DNA of 58,644 nucleotides from Oligoflexales bacterium (GCA_041736175.1 JBGSUI010000070.1:1-58644); one strand, 5' to 3'. Shown: positions 8,206 to 19,700, counted from the first letter of the stretch. Numbers and translations are program-made. The notes: a model not told the origin generated them from the sequence alone.

Positions 8206-8486
8206 AGTGCAGTCTCCACATCATCTGGTTCATATGCAGTGCGCAAGATGGCGAGTTTTTCTTGCGCATAAGGAATGAACACCAGTTTTAATACCCGTCC
8301 GTCATAAGTTTCTGATAGGCACCAGACAGTGGCGGGTTTGGTCCTGTTTTTTGTTCGATTATCGACTAACGGGTATCCGATGAAGTTATTAAATGCTTCT
8401 TCAGCCTCTATAAGAGTCACACCATGTTCAGAAAATATTTTTGTTGCCACCATTTTTGACGCAATCAGTTCCATTATTTTCATCAT
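8187..8486 (-). CDS. BrnT-like toxin
   Basis: 'KIFSEHGVTLIEAEEAF...ETYDGRVLKLVF...ILRTAY' BrnT-like pattern; toxin-first order with an RHH partner. Confidence 0.65.
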   Translation of the reverse strand: MMKIMELIASKMVATKIFSEHGVTLIEAEEAFNNFIGYPLVDNRTKNRTKPATVWCLSETYDGRVLKLVFIPYAQEKLAILRTAYEPDDVETALWNENQ

Positions 8487-8688
8487 CTTTCGGCTGAAGA
8501 AATAGACATGATCTATATATACTATGTATATATAAATAACAAGTGTCTATTTTTGCCTTTTTGTGTGCATCCCCTGTTTCGGGGGAGAGTTCGTTGTAGT
8601 CACGTTTTCATTCTTTCAGAAAAATTAGTCATTTAAAATGGTTACTTAAAAAGTTAAGCCGAATGTTTTCCTTTAACTTGAGTATGGT

Positions 8689-8783
8689 GACTCGGGTGTT
8701 CCTTCTTGGGACGAACCAATCGAGGTGACTGGGGCCGACGGAACGGTTAAGGCCAAAAATTTTTAGGATGGTGTTTTTAGAAT
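8689..8783 (+). repeat. Direct repeat, copy 2
   Basis: Matches 7416-7508. Confidence 0.9.
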
Positions 8784-8939
8784 TCATTAATACTTGGATT
8801 TTTAATAGTACGAGAGTTGAAATTGGCCCTTGAATTAAAACGATTTTTAGTCTACAAACCCAGCCCATAGAGATGTTTGTCGATAGAGTAGGATCGCAGC
8901 ATGGGGTGTGCTTTTAAATCTTAGCAGGGGGCATGCAAG

Positions 8940-9941
8940 ATGATATGGAGCCAAAGGTGGTTTTTATGGGCTTTTTTGGGCTTCTTTGCCACAAGTCCGG
9001 CGATGGCCCGTGAGTTTAGGGTCGGTCTAGTCCTGGATAAAGGCGGGCGCGACGACAAGTCCTTTAACGCCGCCGCGGTCAAGGGGGCCCAGGAGGCTGA
9101 ACTCAAGCTCCCCGGCGTTAAGGTCAAGATCATCGAGGGCCGTGACGACAACCCGGAGCCCATCTTCCGCAATCTCGTCGACAAAAAATACGACCTGGTG
9201 ATCGCCATCGGGTTTTCCCAGGCCCAAACCCTAGAAAAAGTCGCCAAAGCGTCCCCTAGTGCGCGCTTTGTTCTGGTGGACGCAGAAATTAAAGATGTAC
9301 CAAACGTCCAGTCCATCATCTTTGAGGAGCACGAAGGCGCCTTTTTGGTGGGAGCGATCGCAGGGTGGACCACAAAGACCGGCAAAGTGGGTTTTATTGG
9401 TGGCATGGATATCCCCCTGATCCGTCGGTTTCTTATGGGATACGAAGCGGGGGTTCGCTACGCCCTTAAAAAAGATGCCGTGATCACGAGCCATTTTGCT
9501 GGGGTGACGGGTGCTGCTTGGAACAATCCGCCTAAAGGCAAGGAACTAGCCCTGACCCAGTATGCCAGCGGGGTCGATATCATCTTTGCCGCCGCAGGTG
9601 CCACGGGCCTTGGGGTTTTTGATGGAGCTGAATCCCAAAAAAAGCTGGCCATCGGCGTGGACTCCAACCAAAACGGTATCAAACCGGGATACGTTTTGAC
9701 GAGTATGATCAAAAAAGTAGACGTTGCTGTCTTTGACTCCATTAAAGACTCCTATGACGGTGGTTTTAAACCCGGACCATTGCGCCTCGGTCTCAAGGAC
9801 GGAGGGGTGGATTTTGCGATGGATCAACACAATAAATCTCTGATACCCGATTCCATCCTCGCTAAAGCCAACCAGCTCAAAAGTGATTTGATAGCCCATA
9901 AAGTCAAAGCTCCTGATTTTTACCAGCGCAGCAAACCATGA
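8940..9941 (+). CDS. BMP-family ABC transporter substrate-binding protein (nucleoside)
   Basis: GGRDDKSFN, EHEGAFLVG, AIGVDSNQ motifs; signal peptide. Confidence 0.92.
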   Translation: MIWSQRWFLWAFLGFFATSPAMAREFRVGLVLDKGGRDDKSFNAAAVKGAQEAELKLPGVKVKIIEGRDDNPEPIFRNLVDKKYDLVIAIGFSQAQTLEKVAKASPSARFVLVDAEIKDVPNVQSIIFEEHEGAFLVGAIAGWTTKTGKVGFIGGMDIPLIRRFLMGYEAGVRYALKKDAVITSHFAGVTGAAWNNPPKGKELALTQYASGVDIIFAAAGATGLGVFDGAESQKKLAIGVDSNQNGIKPGYVLTSMIKKVDVAVFDSIKDSYDGGFKPGPLRLGLKDGGVDFAMDQHNKSLIPDSILAKANQLKSDLIAHKVKAPDFYQRSKP

Positions 9942-11587
9942 CGATCCTAGAAGCCATCGGCCTGTCGAAATCCTTTGGCTCTAACCGGGCCAATGACGGA
10001 GTGCATTTTAAAGTCCAAAAAGGTACCATCCATGGCCTTATCGGCGAAAATGGGGCTGGAAAATCCACCCTCCTTAAAATGCTTTTTGGCCACGAAAAAC
10101 CCGACAGTGGGCAGATTCAATTAAAGGGCCAAACCGTCCAATGGGGGAGCCCCCGCGAGGCTTTTCGGGCTGGTCTCGGTATGGTCTATCAGCATTTCCA
10201 GTTGGTGGGGACCCTTAAGGGCCTTGATAACGTGATCCTGGGCCAAGAACCGACCGGCTCCCTCGGGAGGTTTCTTCCGGCCTTTTTACAGCCTATTGAC
10301 CGCAGGCAGGCACGGACCGACCTGGAACCATTGATCCGCCAAAAGGGTTGGCAAAATATTCCCCTAGACCAAGAGATCGAGGGCTGGCCCCTGGGGGCCT
10401 GGCAGCGTCTGGAAATCTTAAAACTCCTCTACCGCCACTGTGAGATCCTCTTTTTAGACGAACCGACAGCGGTGCTAGCTCCCCACGAGATCAAGGCCCT
10501 CCTCGACGACCTCGTGGCCCTAAAGACCGCCGGAAAAACCGTGGTCCTCGTCAGCCACAAGCTCCCGGAAATCATGGCCGTCTGCGACGAAGTGACCATT
10601 CTGCGCCAAGGCCGCGTGGTGGGGCGGGAAGCGGTAGGGGAAACCTCGGTTCAGGTCTTGGCATCTCTGATGATTGGGACCTCGGCCCCACAAGCGCCGA
10701 AGGACACAAGTCTCACAGCCCCAGGATCACGATGGACTCAGGAGGGAGGAACCCCTCTCCTCACATTGCAAGGGGTGACTCTTCATGACAGCACCCAACA
10801 TCTGGACGTCCTCAAACAGATTTCACTTGAGATCTTTCCTGGCGAGATCTTGGGAGTCGCGGGAGTCGAAGGTAACGGTCAATCACCCCTGGTGGAGCTG
10901 CTACGAAATCCAAAAGCTTTTCGAAAGAGTTTTTTGAGGCGCCTTGGTCTTGTCCCCCACCATGAAAGCTTGGAGGGCTCTTCTCTAGTCCAGACCAGAG
11001 GCGAGATCCGACTCAAGGGTCAGTCCATCACTACTTGTGATGCAAAAACACTGCGTGGTTTAGGTGTGGGCGTGATTCCTGAGGACCGCTGCCAGGAAGG
11101 GCTGGTCCTCGAAATGACAGCCTGGGAAAATTTTATCCTCGGGTACGAGGGTCACCCTGACTGCCAAGGCTTTGGTATGACCCGCCTCCCTAAGATCTTG
11201 GAGGCTTGGTCCCAAGCTTGTGATGAATTCGATATCAGACCGCGGGATCCATGGCTAAAGGCGAGGCAGTTTTCTGGTGGAAACCAACAAAAAATCATCA
11301 TGGCCCGGGAGCTGCGCTTTGGCCCAGAACTGATCCTCTGCTGTCACCCGACCCGGGGCGTGGACTTTGCAGCCGCAGACCTTATCTATGCCCAGCTGAG
11401 AGCAGCCCAAAAGCGGGGTGCCGCCATCCTCCTGGTCTCCTCATCCCTGGACGAAATCTTTCATCTAGCAGACCGTCTGGTTGTCCTCTATGGAGGTGCC
11501 CTGGTGGGAGATCTGGTAACCCGCCAAACCACACCCGAAGAGGTCGGTTATCTTATGACAGGGTTAGGGCACCATGGAACAACATAA
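9938..11587 (+). CDS. Nucleoside/sugar ABC transporter ATP-binding protein (two NBDs)
   Basis: GENGAGKST, LDEPTAVL, FSGGNQQK, PTRGVD. Confidence 0.92.
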   Translation: MTILEAIGLSKSFGSNRANDGVHFKVQKGTIHGLIGENGAGKSTLLKMLFGHEKPDSGQIQLKGQTVQWGSPREAFRAGLGMVYQHFQLVGTLKGLDNVILGQEPTGSLGRFLPAFLQPIDRRQARTDLEPLIRQKGWQNIPLDQEIEGWPLGAWQRLEILKLLYRHCEILFLDEPTAVLAPHEIKALLDDLVALKTAGKTVVLVSHKLPEIMAVCDEVTILRQGRVVGREAVGETSVQVLASLMIGTSAPQAPKDTSLTAPGSRWTQEGGTPLLTLQGVTLHDSTQHLDVLKQISLEIFPGEILGVAGVEGNGQSPLVELLRNPKAFRKSFLRRLGLVPHHESLEGSSLVQTRGEIRLKGQSITTCDAKTLRGLGVGVIPEDRCQEGLVLEMTAWENFILGYEGHPDCQGFGMTRLPKILEAWSQACDEFDIRPRDPWLKARQFSGGNQQKIIMARELRFGPELILCCHPTRGVDFAAADLIYAQLRAAQKRGAAILLVSSSLDEIFHLADRLVVLYGGALVGDLVTRQTTPEEVGYLMTGLGHHGTT

Positions 11588-12692
11588 ATGGGAGTTTATT
11601 AAAAAATCTTTGTTTCGTGCCTCTTCAGGTCTAAGACCGGTGGCGGCAGCAGGTTTAGGTCTTGTCCTAGGCCTCCTTATCACGGCGGCTTTGGGAGAAT
11701 CCCCCTTAAATATTTTAAAAATCCTCTGGGAAGGGGCCTTTGGCTCCTGGTACAGCGTGGGAATGACCCTGGCCTATGGAACACCGCTGCTTTTTAGTGG
11801 CCTGGCGGTCGCTATAGGCATGAAGGCCGGTCTGTTTAATATCGGAGCCGAAGGCCAACTCACCATGGGCATGGTTACCGCGACCCTTGTGGCCCTGCGG
11901 TTAGAGGGGGCTCCTCCACTCCTGGCCCAAGCCTTGATCGTTGCCGCTGCCCTGGCAGGCGGCGCTGTGTGGGGGCTTATCCCAGCCCTGTTTAAAATCA
12001 CCAGGGGAAGCCACGAGGTGCTGACGGCCATCATGCTTAATTTTGTCGCCGCAGGGATCAGTAGCTGGGTGGTGCTTGATCTCGTTCGCTCCACCACGAC
12101 CCAAAACCCTGAAAGCCAGCCTATCGACCAACATTTTCTCCTCAAACCTTTTGAGGCCTTCGAGGGCGCCCCCGTGTCTGCCGCCTTGGTGCTTGGACTC
12201 CTGCTCTGTGTCTTGGTTTGGTGGGTTCTTAAAAAGACGGTTCTTGGCTATCAAGTCCGCGCCGTGGGTCTAGGGGGAGGTAAGGCTCCCTCCGTAGCAG
12301 GGATCTCCGTCCCGCGGATGCAGTGTCTGGCCATGGCGGTGGCGGGAGGGGTTGCAGGACTGGTCGCCGTGGGCGAGCTTTTAGGGACTGCGGGGCGGTT
12401 TCGTCTGGGTTTTTCGCCGGGATATGGATTTATCGGGATTCCTGTGGCTCTGGTCGCTGGCAGCCATCCCTTGGGTTTGGTGTTGACCGCTCTTTTATTT
12501 GGCGCTCTCCAAAAAGGCACCTTGGACTTGGAGCTTGAGACCACGACCGTGACCCGAGATTTGGCCTTAGTCATTCAAGCTCTCATGATTATTGCCATTG
12601 CCAGCGAGGCTGGATGGTCGCCTCTCGTCAGGTTTTTAAGACAAAAGTTTTTAAAGGCAAAAGACAGGGAGGCCGATCATGGGGGCCATTGA
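11574..12692 (+). CDS. ABC transporter permease
   Basis: GLFNIGAEGQ, hydrophobic, operon context. Confidence 0.9.
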   Translation: MEQHKWEFIKKSLFRASSGLRPVAAAGLGLVLGLLITAALGESPLNILKILWEGAFGSWYSVGMTLAYGTPLLFSGLAVAIGMKAGLFNIGAEGQLTMGMVTATLVALRLEGAPPLLAQALIVAAALAGGAVWGLIPALFKITRGSHEVLTAIMLNFVAAGISSWVVLDLVRSTTTQNPESQPIDQHFLLKPFEAFEGAPVSAALVLGLLLCVLVWWVLKKTVLGYQVRAVGLGGGKAPSVAGISVPRMQCLAMAVAGGVAGLVAVGELLGTAGRFRLGFSPGYGFIGIPVALVAGSHPLGLVLTALLFGALQKGTLDLELETTTVTRDLALVIQALMIIAIASEAGWSPLVRFLRQKFLKAKDREADHGGH

Positions 12693-13599
12693 AGGAGCAG
12701 GGGACGCGGGTTTTTGGTTGGACTTTGCACTCTCCGTCCTAAGGATGGCGACGCCTTTGATGCTTGCGGCGTTGGGGGGAGTCCTCAGCGAAAAGGCAGG
12801 GGTGGTCAACCTAGCTCTCGAAGGCCAAATGCTGGTCGGAGCCTTTTTGGCAGCTCTCTTTGCCCACCAGGTGCAGCTTCTGCCGGCTCTGGGGTCTTTT
12901 ATGGGACCCGCCTGGGTCGGGTGGTGGGCTGGCGGACTTGCTGGTATGGTGCTGGCCCTAATCTTGGGGTTTTTGACGATCACCTGTCATGCCCAACAAA
13001 TCGTGACAGGGACTGGACTCAACATGCTGGCGATGGGCCTCTGTCCAGTTCTCGCGTTTGGCATTTACGGAGCCTCTGGCTCTACGCCGTCCTTAGACAT
13101 GGGGGCGAGGCTGACCTGGGAGCCAACCCTTGTAGCTCTGAGTCTTCCCCTATTACTGGCGGCTTTTTTCCGGTGGACCAAAGGGGGGTTGTGGGTCAAG
13201 GTGGCCGGTGAAAATCCCCTTGTGCTCCTTTCCAGCGGGCTTTCCCCAGCCAAGGTGCGGTATGGCGCCGTACTCCTCTCGGGTCTCTTTGCGGGGTGGG
13301 GGGGTGCGAGCCTTTCTCTAGCTCTTTCCTCGTCCTATTCACGGGATATGACCGCGGGTCGAGGCTTTATCGCCCTGGCAGCCGTGGTCCTCGGACGGTG
13401 GCACCCTCTAGGGGCCATGGCTGCCTGTCTGCTGTTTGGGGCCACGGAAGCCATGCAGATGCGGCTGCAAGCCACGGCGATCTTTGTGCCTCCTGCGCTG
13501 ATCCAGATTTTTCCCTACGGGGTCACCTTGCTGGTCTTGGCGTTGGGGGTGGGCCGGATGAAGCCTCCACGGGCTTTAGGCCAAGGTCTCCGTTTGTAG
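12679..13599 (+). CDS. ABC transporter permease
   Basis: SEKAGVVNLALEG, TAGRGFIALAA. Confidence 0.9.
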   Translation: MGAIEGAGDAGFWLDFALSVLRMATPLMLAALGGVLSEKAGVVNLALEGQMLVGAFLAALFAHQVQLLPALGSFMGPAWVGWWAGGLAGMVLALILGFLTITCHAQQIVTGTGLNMLAMGLCPVLAFGIYGASGSTPSLDMGARLTWEPTLVALSLPLLLAAFFRWTKGGLWVKVAGENPLVLLSSGLSPAKVRYGAVLLSGLFAGWGGASLSLALSSSYSRDMTAGRGFIALAAVVLGRWHPLGAMAACLLFGATEAMQMRLQATAIFVPPALIQIFPYGVTLLVLALGVGRMKPPRALGQGLRL

Positions 13600-13649
13600 C
13601 ATTTCGCACCAGTGTCTCGTTAAGACAGATCGAAAGACATCTGCATTTT

Positions 13650-13687
13650 AAAAAAAAAGAGGGGACTCCGAGTCCCCCCTTTTTTTT
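13650..13687. terminator. Bidirectional intrinsic terminator
   Basis: A-run, GGGGACT-CCG-AGTCCCC stem, T-run, between convergent genes. Confidence 0.85.
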
Positions 13688-13697
13688 ACTTAAACGA

Positions 13698-15569
13698 CTA
13701 GGCTTCGAGGTATCTCTCGTGGGCTACTTCCCAGTTTTCAGGAGATCGCCATAGACCGGAAAGCAGCAGCTCCCGGATAAGATTAAATTCCCTTGGCAGC
13801 TTGTCGTAGAGCTTTTCAAAGAGATCCTCGTGGGAGAGGATTTCTGTCTTCCAAGTCTCGCGATTGACAGCCATCAGCCGGTAGAAGTCTTCTTTAGAAA
13901 AGTTTTTGAGTCCTTTCCATTCGATGTCTTCGTAGCGTGGCATCCATCCTAAGGGGCTCTCTTCGGCACTGGCTCGACCGTTGACTCGGTCGATCACCCA
14001 TTTGAGAACCCGCATGTTTTCGCCAAATCCTGGCCACATAAACTTGTCGTTTTCGTCCTTGCGGAACCAGTTAACACAAAAAATCCGTGGCGGGTTAGAG
14101 ATTTCACGGCCGATTTGGAGCCAGTGATTGAAGTAGTCTCCCATATGGTAGCCGCAGAAGGGGAGCATGGCCATGGGGTCCCGGCGGACCTGGCCGATAT
14201 TGCCAAAGGCTGCCGCCGTCATCTCGGATCCTATAGTCGCTGCCATATAGACGCCAAAGTTCCAGTTAAAGGCCTGGTAGACCAAGGGCACCGTGGTGGC
14301 ACGCCTTCCGCCAAAGATGAGGGCGCTGATAGGAACGCCTTCTTTTGCGTTCCACTGGGGATCGATCGAGGGGCACTGCTCGGCAGGAGCGGTGAACCGG
14401 GAGTTAGGGTGAGCGGCTTTTTGTTTAGATTCTGGGGTCCAAGGCTGGCCTTGCCAGTCGATGGCCTGGGCAGGGGGAGTGGCGGTCAGACCTTCCCACC
14501 ATACATCCCCGTCAGGAGTGAGGGCGACGTTGGTAAAGATAGTATTTTTAGAGGCAGATAGAAGTGCGTTAGGGTTGGTCTCCATGGAGGTTCCCGGTGC
14601 AACACCAAAAAATCCAGCCTCTGGATTGATCGCATAGAGGCGTCCGTCTTCACCCGGTTTAATCCAGGCGATATCGTCGCCAACGGTCGTGATCTTCCAG
14701 CCTTCGAATCCTGCGGGGGGGAGCATCATGGCAAAGTTAGTCTTGCCGCAGGCACTGGGGAAGGCTGCTGCCACGTAGTTTTTTTCGCCTTTAGGGGACT
14801 GGACACCGAGGATAAGCATATGCTCCGCAAGCCAACCCTCGTCGCGACCTAGGACGGAGGCGATTCTCAGGGCAAAGCATTTTTTGCCAAGGAGAGCGTT
14901 GCCACCGTAGCCACTTCCGTAGGACCAGATCTGGCGATCTTCGGGAAAATGGACGATGTATTTGGTGTCTTTATTACAGGGCCATGGCACATCTTTAGCA
15001 CCCGGCTCAAGGGGGGCCCCTACGGAATGGAGGCAAGGTACAAAATCGCCTGTTCCGAGGGCGTCGAGAGCCTGTCGGCCCATGCGGGTCATGATCTTCA
15101 TATTGACAGCCACATAGGGGCTATCAGAGATCTCCACTCCGATATGGGAGTAGGGTGAACCGACAGGTCCCATGCTAAATGGAATCACATACATGGTCCG
15201 GCCGCGCATTGAACCCCGGAAGAGTTCAGACAGAGTTTCTTTCATCTTCGCTGGGTCGGCCCAGTTGTTGGTCGGTCCAGCGTCTTGTTTCCGCTGGCTG
15301 CAGATATAGGTCCGGTCTTCGACTCGAGCGACGTCGCTGGGGTGGGACCTGGCGAGGTAAGAGCCAGGGCGTTTTTTGGGGTTCAGGGGGATAAAAGTCC
15401 CCTGGTCCACCATCAACTTGCAAAGCTTTTCGTACTCTTCTTGGGAACCATCGCACCAATGGACATTGGCCGGTTCCACAAGGGTAACGACGTCCTTTAC
15501 CCATTGGATCAGTTTTTCGTTTTTCACATAACTTGGCACGGAGACGTTCGCTCGAGCGTTTGAACTCAT
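13698..15569 (-). CDS. pckG: Phosphoenolpyruvate carboxykinase (GTP)
   Basis: [43 protein letters not shown]. Confidence 0.97.
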   Translation of the reverse strand: MSSNARANVSVPSYVKNEKLIQWVKDVVTLVEPANVHWCDGSQEEYEKLCKLMVDQGTFIPLNPKKRPGSYLARSHPSDVARVEDRTYICSQRKQDAGPTNNWADPAKMKETLSELFRGSMRGRTMYVIPFSMGPVGSPYSHIGVEISDSPYVAVNMKIMTRMGRQALDALGTGDFVPCLHSVGAPLEPGAKDVPWPCNKDTKYIVHFPEDRQIWSYGSGYGGNALLGKKCFALRIASVLGRDEGWLAEHMLILGVQSPKGEKNYVAAAFPSACGKTNFAMMLPPAGFEGWKITTVGDDIAWIKPGEDGRLYAINPEAGFFGVAPGTSMETNPNALLSASKNTIFTNVALTPDGDVWWEGLTATPPAQAIDWQGQPWTPESKQKAAHPNSRFTAPAEQCPSIDPQWNAKEGVPISALIFGGRRATTVPLVYQAFNWNFGVYMAATIGSEMTAAAFGNIGQVRRDPMAMLPFCGYHMGDYFNHWLQIGREISNPPRIFCVNWFRKDENDKFMWPGFGENMRVLKWVIDRVNGRASAEESPLGWMPRYEDIEWKGLKNFSKEDFYRLMAVNRETWKTEILSHEDLFEKLYDKLPREFNLIRELLLSGLWRSPENWEVAHERYLEA

Positions 15570-15762
15570 AGCTTCCTCACTAATTTGGCGATGACCCCGT
15601 CGTTTTTATAGGGGTTTCCTGTGCGGGTGTCTTCGCGTGACAGCATTTTTAGGACCAGTCAACCCCTGATGCCATCCATGTTGGACCTCTAGGGGCTTTG
15701 GGTCAAGCACAAGATCACACCTCCAGGAAATGACAGAAAAAAACTATCAATCAAGCATAAGT

Positions 15763-17097
15763 TTATTTGGTTTGGGATTTGGTTGGGGGCCAGGGAGCTG
15801 GAAAAGTTGTTTGGTCGTAGGTAAAAGCCGTCCCGGGACGAACCTGCCTTTGGCCTTTGCGAATATAGACGATGGCTCCTTCGTGGATAGGAAATCCCCG
15901 GCTGGATTTCAGAGACAGTTCTGGTCCAAAGTACCGGACCACATGGCCCTTGACCTGGCCGCTTTCAGCCACCAGACGGTCTCCCATAGCTAAACCCCAG
16001 CCCCGTCCCCGGTCCAGGTAAGCCCAGGCTCCCTGGGTTTTAACCACAAGGGGCTGATCGGCGAGGGTGAGAGCCTGGTGTTCTTGGGCGATAAAATCAA
16101 GCAAAGGCTGGGGCAGAGCGACGCTCCACAAGCTCCTATCGCCCCCTTGGATCGTCTCTGGTTTTAAGGCTCCCAAGCTCCAATTTAAGGTGATGGGCGG
16201 GGAGGGAGGCTGGGGGATCGACTTGGCAAAGACCCCCTCCGAAAACTCGAGAGTCAAGGACCAGGAGGGCGGGAGGAGACGTTTTTGCGGAAGGGGAGGT
16301 TTTTGGGGGAGCGGAGGTTTTTGTGGGGGGGGATTCCAGTCAAGGGTCGCATAACGGGTCGGTCTTTTAGGGGTTGGAGGGAATCCGAAAAGGCTGTTAA
16401 GGGCCAAGATATGATCCGCGCCGAGGGACCTGACCACGGTGGTTTTTTGAGACAGAGCCTCCTCAAGGAGAAGGTTGAGGCACCAGGAGTTTCCCTCGTC
16501 CCGTCGGGTCGACTCTCTCTTAAGGAGCAGGGCTAGTTGGAAGGCGGAGGGAGATTTGGGAAGGGCCGGCGGGGTTGTGATCAGCTCGTCGGCCATCTGG
16601 GAGAGTTTTTGATTGAGATAAGTCTCCAAACTTTGGTTTTTGACCATAAGATCCCACTGTTTTTTTTCGACCCCGTGGTGGGTAGAGGCCAAGAGCTGGT
16701 TGGTGGTGGAGTGGGCCAAGGTCAAGACTAGGACGTTGTACTGGTATAGGCTACACCAGACCGGTTCGATAAGGGCAGAGGGGGGACGGTGATTAGAAAC
16801 AATTTCTTGTTTTTTAAGGGTGCCACCCAAAAACTCCAAGGCTCGGAGCCGTGCCTTTATGGGTGGGGTAAGGCCTCTGGCGTCTAGGAGGTTGGCTGGT
16901 GTCTCTAAGATCCGCTGGGCTAAGGTTTGGTGGCTCGCCTTAAGGGCCTTGCGGGCGGTGCGTAGGGCGTCGGGGTCGATCCCCAGGGTGCGCCAAGGGG
17001 CCACAAGCCCACTGGGCCATGGCTGCTTGATCTCCTGGGCGTAAAGGGCCGCGGACCATGTTAGGAGGAGACCGGTTTTGAGGATGTGGAGTTTCAT
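15763..17097 (-). CDS. Hypothetical secreted protein
   Basis: Signal peptide; long ORF; short PQKPPL repeat. Confidence 0.7.
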   Translation of the reverse strand: MKLHILKTGLLLTWSAALYAQEIKQPWPSGLVAPWRTLGIDPDALRTARKALKASHQTLAQRILETPANLLDARGLTPPIKARLRALEFLGGTLKKQEIVSNHRPPSALIEPVWCSLYQYNVLVLTLAHSTTNQLLASTHHGVEKKQWDLMVKNQSLETYLNQKLSQMADELITTPPALPKSPSAFQLALLLKRESTRRDEGNSWCLNLLLEEALSQKTTVVRSLGADHILALNSLFGFPPTPKRPTRYATLDWNPPPQKPPLPQKPPLPQKRLLPPSWSLTLEFSEGVFAKSIPQPPSPPITLNWSLGALKPETIQGGDRSLWSVALPQPLLDFIAQEHQALTLADQPLVVKTQGAWAYLDRGRGWGLAMGDRLVAESGQVKGHVVRYFGPELSLKSSRGFPIHEGAIVYIRKGQRQVRPGTAFTYDQTTFPAPWPPTKSQTK

Positions 17098-17338
17098 CGT
17101 CTTAGGTATCGGTTCTTTGAGGGGAGGAGATGACTCCCCGCGGAGTCGGGCGGAGCGGGTGGGGTTGGTTTTAAAGCCTGTTTTTAAGGATAAAGAAGGC
17201 TTTTATAGGTTTTTTATAAAAAAAGAGTTGGTTTTAAAATGTCCCTCTTTTTCGCCACGAAAATGTCCAGAAACATTTGTATGGTTTTGCTAGGTATTTT
17301 ATTTCAGATCGTGTAATCATCTGCTAACGGAGGCGTCT

Positions 17339-18088
17339 ATGAGTTGGTCGAGTCCAGTAAATTCATTTTCCCAAGGGCTAAAAGCCTATGTGACGGGAGT
17401 GCGGTGGCTAAAAAAACACCCACGCTATCTGTTTTATCTAAGTTTGCCTATGGCCCTGGGGGTGATTTTTTTTATAGGAGCCCTCTCCTTATTTGCCACC
17501 TATGACGAAACGATCCTGACGCTGTTATCTTTGACGCGCACTCCGGAAGATCCCCTCTGGTGGGATGTGCTTTACTATGTTCTGAAGGGCCTTCTCTATG
17601 TCAGTTCCTTCATACTGACCATCCTGATCTCGTTTCTGATGATGAATATCGTGGCCTCTCCCATCTACGAGGTGATCTCTTGGGCGGTGGAGAAGGATCT
17701 GACGGGCCAAGAGCCCGAAGAGGTGAGCTGGCGAGTTCTCCTCCAGGTGACGGTGTCGGAAATCAAGAAGACCTTTTTTATCATCCTGCTCTCTCTTGGT
17801 GTGCTCCTTATCCCGGGACTTAATCTTTTATCGACCTTGATGGCGGTGTTTTTATTGGCTTGGGATTTTTTTGACTACCCTCTGGTGCGCCGGGGGTGGA
17901 CTTTTAGCCAGCGGCTAGGATTTGTAAGGGGAGAATTCTGGACGGTTCTTGGGTTGAGCGTCTGGATGATGATTCCATTTGCCCAAATCATAACAGTTCC
18001 CTTGGCGGTTGCGGGAGCGACCATCATCAATATCGAAGCGTTACAGAGACAAAATAAGTTAACCAGAAGGAGCGACCAACCATGTTAA
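17339..18088 (+). CDS. EI24/CysZ-like membrane protein
   Basis: [28 protein letters not shown]. Confidence 0.75.
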   Translation: MSWSSPVNSFSQGLKAYVTGVRWLKKHPRYLFYLSLPMALGVIFFIGALSLFATYDETILTLLSLTRTPEDPLWWDVLYYVLKGLLYVSSFILTILISFLMMNIVASPIYEVISWAVEKDLTGQEPEEVSWRVLLQVTVSEIKKTFFIILLSLGVLLIPGLNLLSTLMAVFLLAWDFFDYPLVRRGWTFSQRLGFVRGEFWTVLGLSVWMMIPFAQIITVPLAVAGATIINIEALQRQNKLTRRSDQPC

Positions 18089-19320
18089 ACAACGCCAACG
18101 AAACCAAAAAAGCCATCGACCAAGCTGTAGGTGCCATTGAAAAACAGTATGGCAAGGGTGCGATTATGCGGCTTGGAGAAAAAAACCCTCTGACCGACCC
18201 CCTCGAGGTGATCTCCACGGGAGCCACTTCCCTGGATATCGCTCTAGGGCTTGGGGGGTTGCCACGGGGGAGGATTATCGAGATCTATGGCCCTGAGTCC
18301 AGCGGCAAGACCACCCTCACGCTGCACCTGGTAGCCGAAGCCCAGAGAAAGGGAGGGGTGGCTGCTTTTATCGATGCCGAGCATGCCCTGGATACCACCT
18401 ATGCTAAGGGGATTGGCGTCAAGCTGGAGGATCTCTTGGTCTCCCAGCCTGACACGGGGGAGCAGGCTTTGGAAATTGTCGACATGCTGGTGAGGAGCAA
18501 TGCTGTCGATGTGATTGTGGTGGATTCTGTGGCGGCCTTGACCCCTCGGGCGGAGATTGAAGGTGAGATGGGGGACCAACATGTGGGTCTCCATGCCCGT
18601 CTGATGTCCCAGGCCTTGCGTAAACTGACAGGCAATGTGGCCCGCTCCAAATGTGTGGTGGTGTTTATCAACCAGATTCGGATGAAGATCGGGGTGATGT
18701 TCGGGAGCCCTGAGACCACCACCGGTGGGAATGCCCTCAAGTTTTACTCCAGTGTGCGTCTTGATATCAGGCGGATTGCCTCGGTGAAACAGGGCGAAGA
18801 GGTGATCGGCAGTCGGGTTAAAGTTAAGGTGGTCAAAAACAAAGTCTCTGCTCCCTTTAAAGCCGCTGAGTTCGATATTATGTTTGGCAGCGGCGTGTCC
18901 CGGGCGGGTGATATGTTAGACCTTGCGGTGGCTAAAAACGTGGTCCAAAAGGCTGGGGCTTGGTTCGCCTACAAAGAGGAGCGTCTCGGTCAGGGGCGGG
19001 AGAATGCTAAGGAGTTTCTGGAGAAAAACTCGGTACTCATGCAAGAACTCGAACGGGAGATCTTTAGTGCTTATGGCCTTAAGGGACCCGATTCCGAGGC
19101 CACCCCCAAGGAGGGGGCTGCTCCAAAAGAAATGGCCAATAAAGAACTCCCCAGTAAAGAACTCCCCAAAATAGGCGGCGCTGAAAGGGCTCCTGCTGAA
19201 AAGGCTTCCCCTGAAAAAGCGGTCGTCAACGGCAGCGAACGGGCAGGGGCCGTCGCTGGGGTCCCAGGGGGGGCTCCTAAACCCCTTAAAGAAGGTAAAA
19301 AAGATCTGGATGCTCGCTAA
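18082..19320 (+). CDS. recA: Recombinase A
   Basis: [37 protein letters not shown]. Confidence 0.99.
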   Translation: MLNNANETKKAIDQAVGAIEKQYGKGAIMRLGEKNPLTDPLEVISTGATSLDIALGLGGLPRGRIIEIYGPESSGKTTLTLHLVAEAQRKGGVAAFIDAEHALDTTYAKGIGVKLEDLLVSQPDTGEQALEIVDMLVRSNAVDVIVVDSVAALTPRAEIEGEMGDQHVGLHARLMSQALRKLTGNVARSKCVVVFINQIRMKIGVMFGSPETTTGGNALKFYSSVRLDIRRIASVKQGEEVIGSRVKVKVVKNKVSAPFKAAEFDIMFGSGVSRAGDMLDLAVAKNVVQKAGAWFAYKEERLGQGRENAKEFLEKNSVLMQELEREIFSAYGLKGPDSEATPKEGAAPKEMANKELPSKELPKIGGAERAPAEKASPEKAVVNGSERAGAVAGVPGGAPKPLKEGKKDLDAR

Positions 19321-19349
19321 AGTAAGCGGCTTGTGGTGGAGAGAGATTG

Positions 19350-19700
19350 ATGGCGGCTTTTCTTCTTAAAACCCTCGTATCAGCTCTGGTGATTGCAGTA
19401 GCCAGCGAGGTGGTGAAACGATCCACCTTCCTGGCAGCTCTGATCGTTTCTTTGCCCTTAACGTCCATCCTCTCCATCATCTTTGCCGCCCGCGAAGGTA
19501 AAACCCATGATGAGTTGGCAGCCTACTCCATGGGCATCTTTTGGTTTGTCCTCCCATCTCTTGTCTTTTTCGTGGTCCTTTCCCAACTCTTGCGGTTTCA
19601 GTGGTCGCTCCTCTACGCCTTAGGCGGGGGCGTGGCGGCTACCGTGGTGACTTACCATCTTTGGATGCGTCTTTTAGGGGTTTTTGGCATCAAAATTTGA
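19350..19700 (+). CDS. DUF3147-like small membrane protein
   Basis: ALIVSLPLTSILS, FWFVLPSLVFF. Confidence 0.7.
   Translation: MAAFLLKTLVSALVIAVASEVVKRSTFLAALIVSLPLTSILSIIFAAREGKTHDELAAYSMGIFWFVLPSLVFFVVLSQLLRFQWSLLYALGGGVAATVVTYHLWMRLLGVFGIKI

Noticed and set aside
1..8800. Prophage origin of the DGR
   Set aside because: No phage structural, terminase or replication genes; the target has a lipoprotein signal peptide.
8859..8886. Sigma28-like motif before the BMP gene
   Set aside because: Poor -35 box and spacing off by one.
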